Notes under the pieces: model-generated
Seen by the model: only the letters and a program-made list of their open reading frames with translations
The model's database searches: none
What the model was told of the DNA's origin: nothing
Origin: an uncultured Leptospirales bacterium
Lineage (GTDB): Bacteria > Spirochaetota > UBA4802 > UBA5550
Assembly: GCA_964392365.1 (NCBI GenBank)
Contig: CAYMPH010000010.1
Span: 69,387 to 133,386, forward strand
Reading direction: 5' to 3'
Length of the DNA stretch: 64,000 nucleotides
Translations under genes and position numbers: made by a program
Shown here: piece after piece, positions 55,108 through 64,000 of the stretch
Numbering within the stretch: the first letter of the stretch is position 1
Layout of the letters: each line of letters opens with the position of its first letter

Positions 55108-56094
55108 ATGGATACACTTCAAATTCTTCAAATAATCTGGTTCTGCCTCGTTGGTGTTCTCCTGATTGGTTATTCGATCCTTGACGGATTCGATCTCGGT
55201 GTGGCATCTCTTGCGCCTTTTATTGCAAAAGATGAAAAAGAAACCGGGCAGCTCATAACAGCAATCGGACCTGTCTGGGATGGTAATGAGGTATGGCTGC
55301 TAACCGGAGGCGGAGCTCTTTTTGCAGCTTTTCCAAATGCTTATGCAACTGTATTCAGCGGCTTTTATCTTGCTCTGATGTTGGTTTTATTTGCCCTGAT
55401 TTTCAGAGCTGTTTCTATGGAATTCTGGACTCTTGATGAAAAAAACAGAGGCATATGGAAAATTGCCTTTTCATTAGGCAGCTTTCTGCCGGCTCTTCTT
55501 TATGGAGTAGCTCTCGGTAATATAATTGTTGGTATTCCTCTTGATAATAAACTGGAATTTACAGGGTCATTTTTTACTCTGCTCAGGCCATTCCCTCTTT
55601 CAATAGGTCTTCTGGGTCTTGCTGCAATTTTAATGCAGGGTGCCACTTACGCCATGCTTAAAACAAAAGGAGATATTCATAAAAGAACAAAAGAACTGGC
55701 TGACAAAATCTGGATCAGCTACATTGTTTTATTGGCTATTGCAGTTGTTTTTTCATTTATATTTCTAAATTCGTTTACTCAAAATATTTCTGGATGGATT
55801 TCACTGATTATTGTAATTGCATCGCTTGTATTACTTAAAAGTTTTATCAAATCCAGGAAAGAATTCCCTGCATTTTTAATGTCGTCTTTGAGCTTTATAG
55901 GACTATGGGGAATGGCAGGTTCATATCTTTTTCCTAATTTAGTTGTGGCAATTAACCCTGCAAACAGTATTGCAATTTCAAATTCCTCAAGCCAGCTTAC
56001 ATTAACTGTAATGCTTATTATTGCTCTGATAGGAATGCCGGTTGTTATAGGATACACGACTTTTGTTTATAGAGTATTTAAAGGGAAAGTTTAA
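55108..56094 (+). CDS. cydB: Cytochrome bd ubiquinol oxidase subunit II
   Basis: Start revised to ATG 55108; LDGFDLGV, GPVWDGNEVWL and FAAFP motifs. Confidence 0.97.
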   Translation: MDTLQILQIIWFCLVGVLLIGYSILDGFDLGVASLAPFIAKDEKETGQLITAIGPVWDGNEVWLLTGGGALFAAFPNAYATVFSGFYLALMLVLFALIFRAVSMEFWTLDEKNRGIWKIAFSLGSFLPALLYGVALGNIIVGIPLDNKLEFTGSFFTLLRPFPLSIGLLGLAAILMQGATYAMLKTKGDIHKRTKELADKIWISYIVLLAIAVVFSFIFLNSFTQNISGWISLIIVIASLVLLKSFIKSRKEFPAFLMSSLSFIGLWGMAGSYLFPNLVVAINPANSIAISNSSSQLTLTVMLIIALIGMPVVIGYTTFVYRVFKGKV

Positions 56095-56173
56095 TTACCA
56101 TTTTTTTAATTTTTTAGATTTATTATTTAAAAGATCCAAAAATTTTATATAAAAATTTTAAAAGGAGTTTTAT

Positions 56174-56554
56174 ATGACAAACAGAAATGAAATTTATAAG
56201 TGCAGCGTTTGCGGAAACATAATTGAGGTTCTGCATAATGGCGCTACAGCTTTAGTTTGCTGCGGTCAGGCGATGAATCTGCTAAATGAAAATTCAACTG
56301 ATGCTGCACAGGAAAAACATGTTCCGGTTATTGAAAAAACATCTGGTGGCTTTAAAGTTACTGTTGGAAGCGTGACTCATCCAATGGAGGAAAAACATTT
56401 CATTGAATGGATAGAACTTTTAGCTGATAATAAGTCCTATACGCATTTTTTAAAACCTGGAGACAAACCTGAAGCTGAATTTAAAGTATCAGCATCTGCA
56501 GTAACAGCAAGAGAGCACTGTAATCTTCATGGTCTATGGAAAAAATCTTTATAA
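56174..56554 (+). CDS. dfx: Desulfoferrodoxin (2Fe superoxide reductase)
   Basis: [10 protein letters not shown]...CCGQ; EKHVP, HPM, CNLHG motifs. Confidence 0.96.
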   Translation: MTNRNEIYKCSVCGNIIEVLHNGATALVCCGQAMNLLNENSTDAAQEKHVPVIEKTSGGFKVTVGSVTHPMEEKHFIEWIELLADNKSYTHFLKPGDKPEAEFKVSASAVTAREHCNLHGLWKKSL

Positions 56555-56566
56555 AAGGAAAAAACA

Positions 56567-57085
56567 ATGATTGATAAAAAAATGGAAGACGCAATCAATA
56601 AGCAGATCAATGAAGAAGCTTATTCAGCATATCTATATATGTCAATGTCAGCTTATTTTTCATCAGTAAATCTTTTGGGTTTTGCCCACTGGATGCTGAT
56701 TCAGGCTCAAGAGGAATATATGCATTCAAAAATTTTCTATAATTTTATTTTGGATAGAGGCGGTAAGATTAAACTCGCACCTATTGAAGGTCCAAAAACT
56801 GAATGGAAATCTGCAGAGGAAGCTTTTGCGGATGCATATAAACATGAACAGCATATCACATCTTGCATAAATACTTTAATGGATGTTTCAATTTCATTAA
56901 AAGATCATGCAAGCACATCTATGCTGAACTGGTTTGTTTCAGAGCAGGTTGAAGAAGAAGCAAATGCAAGCGGAATTCTTGAAAAAATTAAACTTGCTGC
57001 AGGAAATTCAGGCGGCTTGTTCATGATAGATAAGGATCTGGCTGCCAGAGTCTTCAATATGGCTTCTTTTCCAATTACAGAATAA
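56567..57085 (+). CDS. ftnA: Non-heme ferritin
   Basis: QINEEAYSAYLY, QAQEEYMH, HEQHIT and WFVSEQVEEE motifs. Confidence 0.93.
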   Translation: MIDKKMEDAINKQINEEAYSAYLYMSMSAYFSSVNLLGFAHWMLIQAQEEYMHSKIFYNFILDRGGKIKLAPIEGPKTEWKSAEEAFADAYKHEQHITSCINTLMDVSISLKDHASTSMLNWFVSEQVEEEANASGILEKIKLAAGNSGGLFMIDKDLAARVFNMASFPITE

Positions 57086-57118
57086 AAATTAAATTTAATA
57101 TTAAAAAAAGGATATGAT

Positions 57119-57694
57119 ATGAAATCAATAAAAGGATCAGAAACAGAAAAAAATCTCCTGAAATCATTTGCAGGAGAATCGCAGGCTTTTGGAAGATATA
57201 CTTTTTTTGCCAAACAGGCTAAAAAAGAAGGATATGAACAAATATCTGCTATTTTTTCAGAGACTGCAGAAAATGAACAACAGCACTCCAAATCTTTTTT
57301 TCAATTTCTTGAAGGCGGTGAAGTCGAGATTACTGCATCTTATCCTGCCGGAAAAATCGGAACAACAATTGAAAATCTAAAGGCATCAGCAGCAGGAGAG
57401 AATGAGGAACATACATTATTGTATCCTCAATTTTCTGAAACTGCAAAAAAAGAAGGATTTGATGATATTGCTTTTTTATATAAAAAGATTGCAGGTGTTG
57501 AAAAACATCACGAATTCCGTTTTCTTGAATTGCTGAAAAACTTAGTAAATGGCACTGCATTTAAAAAAGATAAATCTGTTTCCTGGAAATGCAGAAAATG
57601 CGGACATATTCATGAAGGTCCTGAAGCACCTGAAAAGTGTCCAACATGCTCCCACCCGAAAGGATATTTTGAATTGTTATGTGATTTATTTTAA
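57119..57694 (+). CDS. rbr: Rubrerythrin
   Basis: SFAGESQA, ENEQQH, GENEE, EKHHE; C-terminal WKCRKCG...CPTC. Confidence 0.96.
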   Translation: MKSIKGSETEKNLLKSFAGESQAFGRYTFFAKQAKKEGYEQISAIFSETAENEQQHSKSFFQFLEGGEVEITASYPAGKIGTTIENLKASAAGENEEHTLLYPQFSETAKKEGFDDIAFLYKKIAGVEKHHEFRFLELLKNLVNGTAFKKDKSVSWKCRKCGHIHEGPEAPEKCPTCSHPKGYFELLCDLF

Positions 57695-57725
57695 TTTTTT
57701 AAAAATAGATTTTTTATATATCAAG

Positions 57726-57762
57726 AACAAAAAAGCGTTCAGAAACTGAACGCTTTTTTGTT
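57726..57762. terminator. Bidirectional intrinsic terminator
   Basis: AACAAAAAAGCGTTCAG-aaa-CTGAACGCTTTTTTGTT between convergent genes. Confidence 0.88.
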
Positions 57763-57782
57763 TAACTTATATTTAAATATTT

Positions 57783-58814
57783 TTACTTAATAACTCTTAC
57801 ACTTTTAATCTGACTTTCAGGAACATCTATTGCTCCGCTTGTCGTAAGTATTTTATATACTGCTCCTCTGTTAATAATTGCTCCCTGCACTATTCTCTTG
57901 TTATAAAGGGTTATTTCATCAACTCTATCAAAAACTTCTTTAATCTCTTCAATAGTTTTTGGAGTATTTGTCATCATGTCCTGAATTTTTTCTTTTCTTA
58001 TTTCTATCTTAAGCTCTCTATCAATTATTGTATCTTTATCAATTGATGATTTCTGAATATTTATCAGTTCGGAATCTGTTTTTTTGTCTGGTTCGGGAAT
58101 TATTGCAATCATAGATACTTTATCTATTGTCAGTATTTCAGCGTTTGAAATTGGTCTAACCTGAATATCAAGTTGTGGTTCTGCTGTTTTTTCTGATGTA
58201 TCCTTTGCAACAATAACAGGATCATTAATAACAGCAGTTTTTCCTTCTTCTATTATCTTTTCTTTACCGGTGTCTTCATTCTTCCCTAAATCGGGCTTAT
58301 CGCCGGTTGAATTGGATGATAATGAAATTTTACCTTTTTTAACAGCAACAAGACTTTTTCCATTCGAATATCCAGTGCTGAATTCAGTTCCTCTAACAGA
58401 CGCAACAGCAGTTCTAGTTTTAACGCTGAATTTATCGCCTTTCTGCAGTTTTTCAAATTTTGCTAAAATCTGGCCGTTTTCAAGAAAAATCTCACCTGAA
58501 TTATTACCAAATAGATTAAGCATTTTTAATTGCGTTTTTTCAAGAATTTTTACAAGCCCTTTGTCACCAAACTGAATCGTAGCATAAGATGCCGGACCTG
58601 TAATAATTACATCTCCTGCAGAAACCTGATCTTTAATAGATAAAGGTTGAGCTTGTAATCCGTTTTTCTGAATTTTAACGTCTCCTATCTGAAGTAAAAC
58701 AAATCCTTTGATTTGATTTAAATCTGTGATTTCAACAGGTTTGCTTTTATTACATCCAGTAGAGATTAAAAGGATCGCTGTAATTAATAAAATAGAATTT
58801 CTAATAATATTCAT
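57783..58814 (-). CDS. FecR-domain lipoprotein (LipL45-like)
   Basis: Lipobox STGC; GDVIITG, KTRTAVASVRGTEF FecR motifs. Confidence 0.8.
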   Translation of the reverse strand: MNIIRNSILLITAILLISTGCNKSKPVEITDLNQIKGFVLLQIGDVKIQKNGLQAQPLSIKDQVSAGDVIITGPASYATIQFGDKGLVKILEKTQLKMLNLFGNNSGEIFLENGQILAKFEKLQKGDKFSVKTRTAVASVRGTEFSTGYSNGKSLVAVKKGKISLSSNSTGDKPDLGKNEDTGKEKIIEEGKTAVINDPVIVAKDTSEKTAEPQLDIQVRPISNAEILTIDKVSMIAIIPEPDKKTDSELINIQKSSIDKDTIIDRELKIEIRKEKIQDMMTNTPKTIEEIKEVFDRVDEITLYNKRIVQGAIINRGAVYKILTTSGAIDVPESQIKSVRVIK

Positions 58815-59113
58815 ATATAACTCCTTGTTTAATACAGAAAAATTTAGTTGAAAAAAAATTAAATAATTAATAAGTATTATAATAAAAATTACTTATTAAT
58901 ATCAATAATAAAATATCGATTTAAATATAATAATAATACTGGTTATAAACCTTAAAGTGAAAAATAATATAGTTTTTTTTAAAAAAATATTTTACTTTTA
59001 TTCAGAAACGCATTCCCAATAAAGTGCTAAAGATCTTTTTTTAATCATAGAGAATATTTTTGAACTAATTAAAAATTATTGACATATAAAATAAATTAAG
59101 TTTTATAAATAAC

Positions 59114-60970
59114 ATGGAAGAACTATTAAAAAAATATCCTTTTATTCACAGCCACATTGCAAAAGAACCTTATGTATTTGATGTACTTGAAGAAATATCA
59201 AGATTTCAGGATAATTTTATTCTTGAAGGAACAGGCGAACTTGCTTCCCTTGATATATTAAAAAATTCAAAGAATTTAAAGATGCCTGTCAGCCCTGCCA
59301 GAAATAAAAATATACTGTATCTTCTTGAGCTGCTGGTAAAATCTTATCCTGATCAGATTAAGCCTGTTTTTTCATTCGATTTCATAGTTGATCCAGAAAC
59401 AAAAAAATTGACTATCTTGCAGACAACAGAATTTACTATTCAAATATCAAATGACAGATTTAACAGAATTCAGGGTGATCGTGATATAAAAACAATTGAA
59501 AATCTTTCAGTGCTGTTGAAAAAGTTCAGACTTTTTAACCTGACAAAGCTTATAAAAAAAGCACAGAACAAAGCGTATCTCTCCCAGGTGATTAAATCAG
59601 AAATTGGAAAATCCATATTTACCTTTAAAAACTATTATCTTGATGGGAATTCAGTAGAATCATCAGAGGATTATTGCTTTCATGCAGTAAATTACGAACA
59701 GGTTGATAATTCATTAAAAATAGATTCTATACAGAAACTTGTGCTGATGCATATTCAGGCAGTAAATAACAGACTTAAAAAATACGGCATTTTTAATTCA
59801 GATTTTTCTGATTTCAGAGACAGTAAAGTTGATTATATTCTCAATATATTATTAAATGATATAAATAATATTATTGGTGCAAAATCTCTTGTGGAAGTAA
59901 AAAATTTTGCATCTTTAAGAGAATGTCTCATCAAAGTAGAAAAACTTATTGATCCTCTTATCGCACTCAATAAAGACATTACATCTTATATTAAAGAACA
60001 TTCTTCTTGTAAATGGATGGATCTGGTGGCTGTTATAAACGGCATTTCTTTAAGCATGCTTGCTGAATGGGATGAAAAATATTCAGAAAAAAGCAGGATT
60101 TTTTCATTTGGTTATGCAACCGGCGAAAAATTCTTCATGTCTGCTGAAAATTATATGCTTATGCTTGCAGCTTATAATAATGAAATTGTTATTGATTCCG
60201 GTTTGTTTTCAACATTATCAGCATCTGAAAAACAAAGAAAACTCCTTCAGCTCGATCTATATGCCAGCGCAGGTGAAACACTTCTATTGAATAAGCCAAA
60301 AGCTTTAATCATGCTTGGTAATGATGAAAATATTCAAGCTGTAGAATCTATGCTTGAAGAATATAAAAACTATAAAAATTTAAGAAAGTCTATTGAGAAA
60401 AGACCTGTCTCCGGTTTGATAATTCAGAAAGAACCGATTATTAAAAGAATTTTAAAATATTTTCTGGGCATCTTCTCAAGAACTGAAACTGAGGTTCAAG
60501 AAGTAAGTGAAGTAAATGAAAGAAGATCCACTGCTAGAGTTAAACGAAGGGAATTGTCAAAGGATGCTGTTGAAATTTATAGAAATATAAAAGCAATGAA
60601 TTCGCCTCTTATACCCCTTTCAGATGTGATTGAAATATTACCTGAAAATGAAATTGCAATAAATACTGTAATAACAGAATTGAGAGCAAACAATTTAAAA
60701 ATTGTAATACCCATTTATAAAGCCAGGATGACTTTATATCCCAATAGAAGTTCACAATATTTAATGTCAGATATAGAATATTTACTTGTTGATCCGAAAG
60801 TAATAGAATCATCTGAAAGTATAAATGATTATCTCGATGATATAAAGGGAAGAAGACTGAAGGATGAAAAAATTCCATTGTCAGGATTCATTTCAATTGA
60901 AAAATATTTAATAAGTCTTTTTAAACAGAAAAAAACCCTTGATTCAATGAAGAAACAGGCTAAATCATAA
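59114..60970 (+). CDS. Hypothetical protein, 618 aa
   Basis: Long ORF with host-like codon usage; no motif recognised. Confidence 0.75.
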   Translation: MEELLKKYPFIHSHIAKEPYVFDVLEEISRFQDNFILEGTGELASLDILKNSKNLKMPVSPARNKNILYLLELLVKSYPDQIKPVFSFDFIVDPETKKLTILQTTEFTIQISNDRFNRIQGDRDIKTIENLSVLLKKFRLFNLTKLIKKAQNKAYLSQVIKSEIGKSIFTFKNYYLDGNSVESSEDYCFHAVNYEQVDNSLKIDSIQKLVLMHIQAVNNRLKKYGIFNSDFSDFRDSKVDYILNILLNDINNIIGAKSLVEVKNFASLRECLIKVEKLIDPLIALNKDITSYIKEHSSCKWMDLVAVINGISLSMLAEWDEKYSEKSRIFSFGYATGEKFFMSAENYMLMLAAYNNEIVIDSGLFSTLSASEKQRKLLQLDLYASAGETLLLNKPKALIMLGNDENIQAVESMLEEYKNYKNLRKSIEKRPVSGLIIQKEPIIKRILKYFLGIFSRTETEVQEVSEVNERRSTARVKRRELSKDAVEIYRNIKAMNSPLIPLSDVIEILPENEIAINTVITELRANNLKIVIPIYKARMTLYPNRSSQYLMSDIEYLLVDPKVIESSESINDYLDDIKGRRLKDEKIPLSGFISIEKYLISLFKQKKTLDSMKKQAKS

Positions 60971-60983
60971 TAAATGTGACTTT

Positions 60984-61220
60984 TTAAGATACTGCTGCTT
61001 TAGCAGGACTTTCATTTTTAGAAGAAGATGAATCAGCACTTTTTTTCTTATAATCATTTACATAAAATCCTGACCCTTTGAATATTATTCCGGTTGAAGA
61101 GAATAGTTTTTTTACATCGCTGCCGCAACTTACGCATAATTTAATTGGATCATCATGAATTGACTGAAAAACTTCAAATCTGTGTTTACATGCACCACAT
61201 TCATATTCATAAGTTGGCAT
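60984..61220 (-). CDS. FmdB-family zinc-ribbon protein
   Basis: MPTYEYECGAC...CVSCG...FKGSGFYVNDY. Confidence 0.92.
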   Translation of the reverse strand: MPTYEYECGACKHRFEVFQSIHDDPIKLCVSCGSDVKKLFSSTGIIFKGSGFYVNDYKKKSADSSSSKNESPAKAAVS

Positions 61221-61522
61221 TTAATAATTTCTCCATTAATAGTATTTTTTATAATTTACTATATTTTTTTCACAATGTAAAGAGTCAATAAAAAAAAATG
61301 AACAAAATTTAGGAAAAATGTTAAAAAAATGATAATTGGCATAATAAATATTGTAAAAATTGATTATTATTTAATATAATATGAAATAATAATATTAAAT
61401 GGAATAATTTAATTAATTTATTAATTTAATAATTAATTATTGACTAAAAATTTTGTAAAAATATCAAGGTTAAAATTATTTTTTAACTTCAGGAATTTAT
61501 TTTAATTATAAGAGGATATTAT

Positions 61523-64000
61523 ATGAATACAGCATCTTTTTCAATCAAACGGCCAATATTCATTACAAGTATAGTTATTATTGTATTAGTTGTAGGATAT
61601 ATTTCTTTGCAGCGCTTAAGGGTTGATTTGTTTCCGAATATTGAAATACCGGTTGTAGTAACAACTATACTTTATCCCGGAACTTCATCTGAAGAAATTG
61701 AAAATCTGGTTACGAAACCTCTTGAAGATGAAGTTGCTACAATCAATGGTTTAAAGCGAATCACTTCTACATCACAGGAAGGTGCTTCAATTATTGTCAC
61801 TGAGTTTCAGCTTGAAACTGACATGAAGGATGCATACCAGCAGGTTAAAGATAAAGTTTCAGCAATCAGGTATAAGCTTCCTGATGATATCAAAGAACCG
61901 GTTTTCAGGAGATTTGACCCTTCCAACTCACCAATCCTCAGGCTGGCATTGAATGGAGATCTTTCCGCTACAGATTTATATGATGTGGCAAATGAAGATA
62001 TTAAATCAAAACTCGAACAGATAGAAAATGTCGGATCTGTGCAGGTTCTCGGTGGAACAAGAAGAGAAGTACAGGTTGAAATTGACAGAGAGCTTCTATA
62101 TAATCACACAATTTCTGCTTTCACTGTAGCCAATCAACTGAGAAGTACAGGTGTAAATATGCCGGTTGGAAAATTTGAACAGGGACCGAAGGAAACTGCA
62201 TATAGAACTATCGGTCAGTTTGAAAAACTGGATCAGATCAATGATTCTATTATTAACTATTCCGGTGATATGGAAAATTCAATTTCTTTGAAATCCGTTG
62301 CAAACGTAAAAGATGGCGCTGAAGACTTTGTCACCAGAGCATATTTATACTATCCTGAAGCAGCAAAAAATACGGACAATAAATCTGAAACAAGACCTGC
62401 TTTATTTCTTGATGTATTCAAGCAATCAGGCTCAAACACAGTTCAGGTTGCAGATAATGTTCTTAAAAAAATAGATAAAATCAATGATATTCTGAAAAAT
62501 CACCCTGGAAGCCCTAAACTTCTTTTGATTTATGACGGTGCAAAGGCAATCAGGGCTAATGTTGCTGACGTTAAGGATACAATTATAATGGGTATTATAC
62601 TTGCGATACTCGTTGTATATTTATTTCTTGGAAATATCAGGTCTACTCTCATTACAGGTATAGCGATTCCCAACAGTATCATGGGAGCGTTTATTATCAT
62701 GACACTTTTCGGATTCTCACTTAATCTTATGACACTTATGGCTCTATCTCTAACTGTTGGACTTCTGATAGACGATGCCATTGTTGTGCGGGAAAATATA
62801 TTCCGGAAACTTGAAGGCGGACTGCATCCGTTTAAAGCAGCTGATATCGGTACTACAGAGGTTATGCTTGCTGTAATAGCAACAACCATGACTGTTATTG
62901 CCGTATTTTTCCCTATCGGATTTCTCCAGGGTATGATAGGAAGATTTTTCAAGGAATTCGGTTTTACTGTAGTTTTTGCAATGATAATAAGCCTGTTTGA
63001 TGCTTTAACAGTAGCGCCTTTTTTAAGCGGTTATTTTGCAATTGAACCGAAAAAAGCAAATAACCCTGTTGTACAGGGTTTTGACAGATTTCAGACCAGG
63101 CTTGAAAATATATACAGCAAAGCGATGAAATATTCACTTGCTCATCCTGTAAAAATACTATTAATAACCGGTTCTGTTTTCCTGGGAAGTCTTGTTACTC
63201 TTGCTTTTGTTCCAAGAACTTTTATGCCGGATTCAAACTGGGGTGAATTCAGTTTAAATATTGAATTGCCTCCAGGTACTAGTCTTGATGGAACATATAA
63301 AGTTTTAAAGGAAATTGAAGAAAAACTTAAAAGCCATGATGAAATAAGATTCTTTGCAACTGTAGTCGGGAATGACAGAGGGGAATCAAATATTGGTTCT
63401 ATTGCTATTTTTCTTCAGCCTAAAGAGAAATTAAAAATCACTACAAATGATGCGAAGGAAAAGATACGGGTTCTTCTTAAAGATTATAAATATGCAAAAC
63501 CGACAGTAAATAATTATGATCTATCCGGAATGTCAGGCGGCGGAGGCGGAGCTTTTGTAATTAATATTACTGGAGATGACCTGGTTGAGCTTGAAAAATA
63601 TTCTGAAAAAGTTAAAGCTCTTGCAAATAAAGTACCGGATCTAATAGAAATTACAACATCATCTCAAGGTGGAAAACCTGAATACCAGGTGCAGCTAGAT
63701 ACAAAAAAAATGCAGGCTTTGGGTGTACAGCCGCGACTTGCCGGAGCTGAACTTCGTTATTATGTTGCAGGCGGTGTTGTCGGAAAACTTCATCAGAACG
63801 GTCTAGAATATGATATCAGATTAAGATTAAAACCTGAGCAGAGAAATTTAAAAGATTCTTATAAATATATAAAAGTTCCAAATATGCAGCAGAGATTAAT
63901 TCCTCTATCAGCAATCAGCACAGCATCAGTCAAGGATGGCCCGGCAAAAATAACACGCCAGGACAGGGTGCGAATCATACAGATAAAAGCTAACCTCGGG
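61523..64000 (+). CDS. RND (AcrB/AcrD/AcrF) efflux permease; partial, runs off the window end
   Basis: Not in the ORF track. MNTASFSIKRPIF...VDLFPNIEIPVV; GLLIDDAIVVRENI; FFKEFGFTV. Confidence 0.95.
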   Translation, partial: MNTASFSIKRPIFITSIVIIVLVVGYISLQRLRVDLFPNIEIPVVVTTILYPGTSSEEIENLVTKPLEDEVATINGLKRITSTSQEGASIIVTEFQLETDMKDAYQQVKDKVSAIRYKLPDDIKEPVFRRFDPSNSPILRLALNGDLSATDLYDVANEDIKSKLEQIENVGSVQVLGGTRREVQVEIDRELLYNHTISAFTVANQLRSTGVNMPVGKFEQGPKETAYRTIGQFEKLDQINDSIINYSGDMENSISLKSVANVKDGAEDFVTRAYLYYPEAAKNTDNKSETRPALFLDVFKQSGSNTVQVADNVLKKIDKINDILKNHPGSPKLLLIYDGAKAIRANVADVKDTIIMGIILAILVVYLFLGNIRSTLITGIAIPNSIMGAFIIMTLFGFSLNLMTLMALSLTVGLLIDDAIVVRENIFRKLEGGLHPFKAADIGTTEVMLAVIATTMTVIAVFFPIGFLQGMIGRFFKEFGFTVVFAMIISLFDALTVAPFLSGYFAIEPKKANNPVVQGFDRFQTRLENIYSKAMKYSLAHPVKILLITGSVFLGSLVTLAFVPRTFMPDSNWGEFSLNIELPPGTSLDGTYKVLKEIEEKLKSHDEIRFFATVVGNDRGESNIGSIAIFLQPKEKLKITTNDAKEKIRVLLKDYKYAKPTVNNYDLSGMSGGGGGAFVINITGDDLVELEKYSEKVKALANKVPDLIEITTSSQGGKPEYQVQLDTKKMQALGVQPRLAGAELRYYVAGGVVGKLHQNGLEYDIRLRLKPEQRNLKDSYKYIKVPNMQQRLIPLSAISTASVKDGPAKITRQDRVRIIQIKANLG

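Noticed and set aside
1-64000. Window-wide recoding of TGA as Trp (genetic code 4)
   Set aside because: TGA is a clear terminator in several genes, for example the Rhs stop 3 nt before the immunity gene. TGG is used throughout. Only two in-frame TGAs were found.

Overview
AT-rich bacterial DNA, most consistent with an anaerobic or microaerotolerant spirochaete. This is inferred from spirochaete-style lipoboxes, a LipL45-like FecR lipoprotein and secreted SH3 proteins. The window has two parts. (1) About 1-48.8 kb is accessory DNA. A defence/cassette region (1-16.4 kb) holds two genes flanked by decayed attC-like sites (a DUF6615-like nuclease and an ApeA-HEPN), an uncharacterised LysM-TIKI / class III cyclase / caspase(CHAT)-like three-gene operon, a Gabija-type OLD+UvrD pair, a UDG-family glycosylase, two HEXXH peptidases and several pseudogenes. 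A surface-lipoprotein locus (17.3-41.9 kb) ends in a ~3460-aa lipoprotein-type SpvB/Rhs toxin with an M15-like peptidase tip and a secreted SH3 immunity candidate. Next come an IS256 and an Xre/Xis/integrase module, followed by two tandem attR-like scars, each carrying a different tRNA-Pro 3' half. (2) About 48.8-64 kb is core-like: a PTS IIA-zinc-ribbon fusion, ogg, an oxidative-stress cluster (fprA, perR-like, rubredoxin, cydAB, dfx, ftnA, rbr), a FecR lipoprotein, an FmdB zinc-ribbon protein and a partial RND transporter. The best candidates for new biology are the cyclase + caspase-like operon, the 'frozen' integron-like defence cassettes, and the lipoprotein Rhs toxin with a predicted peptidoglycan-peptidase warhead. 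All family assignments come from motif reading by eye; no searches were run.
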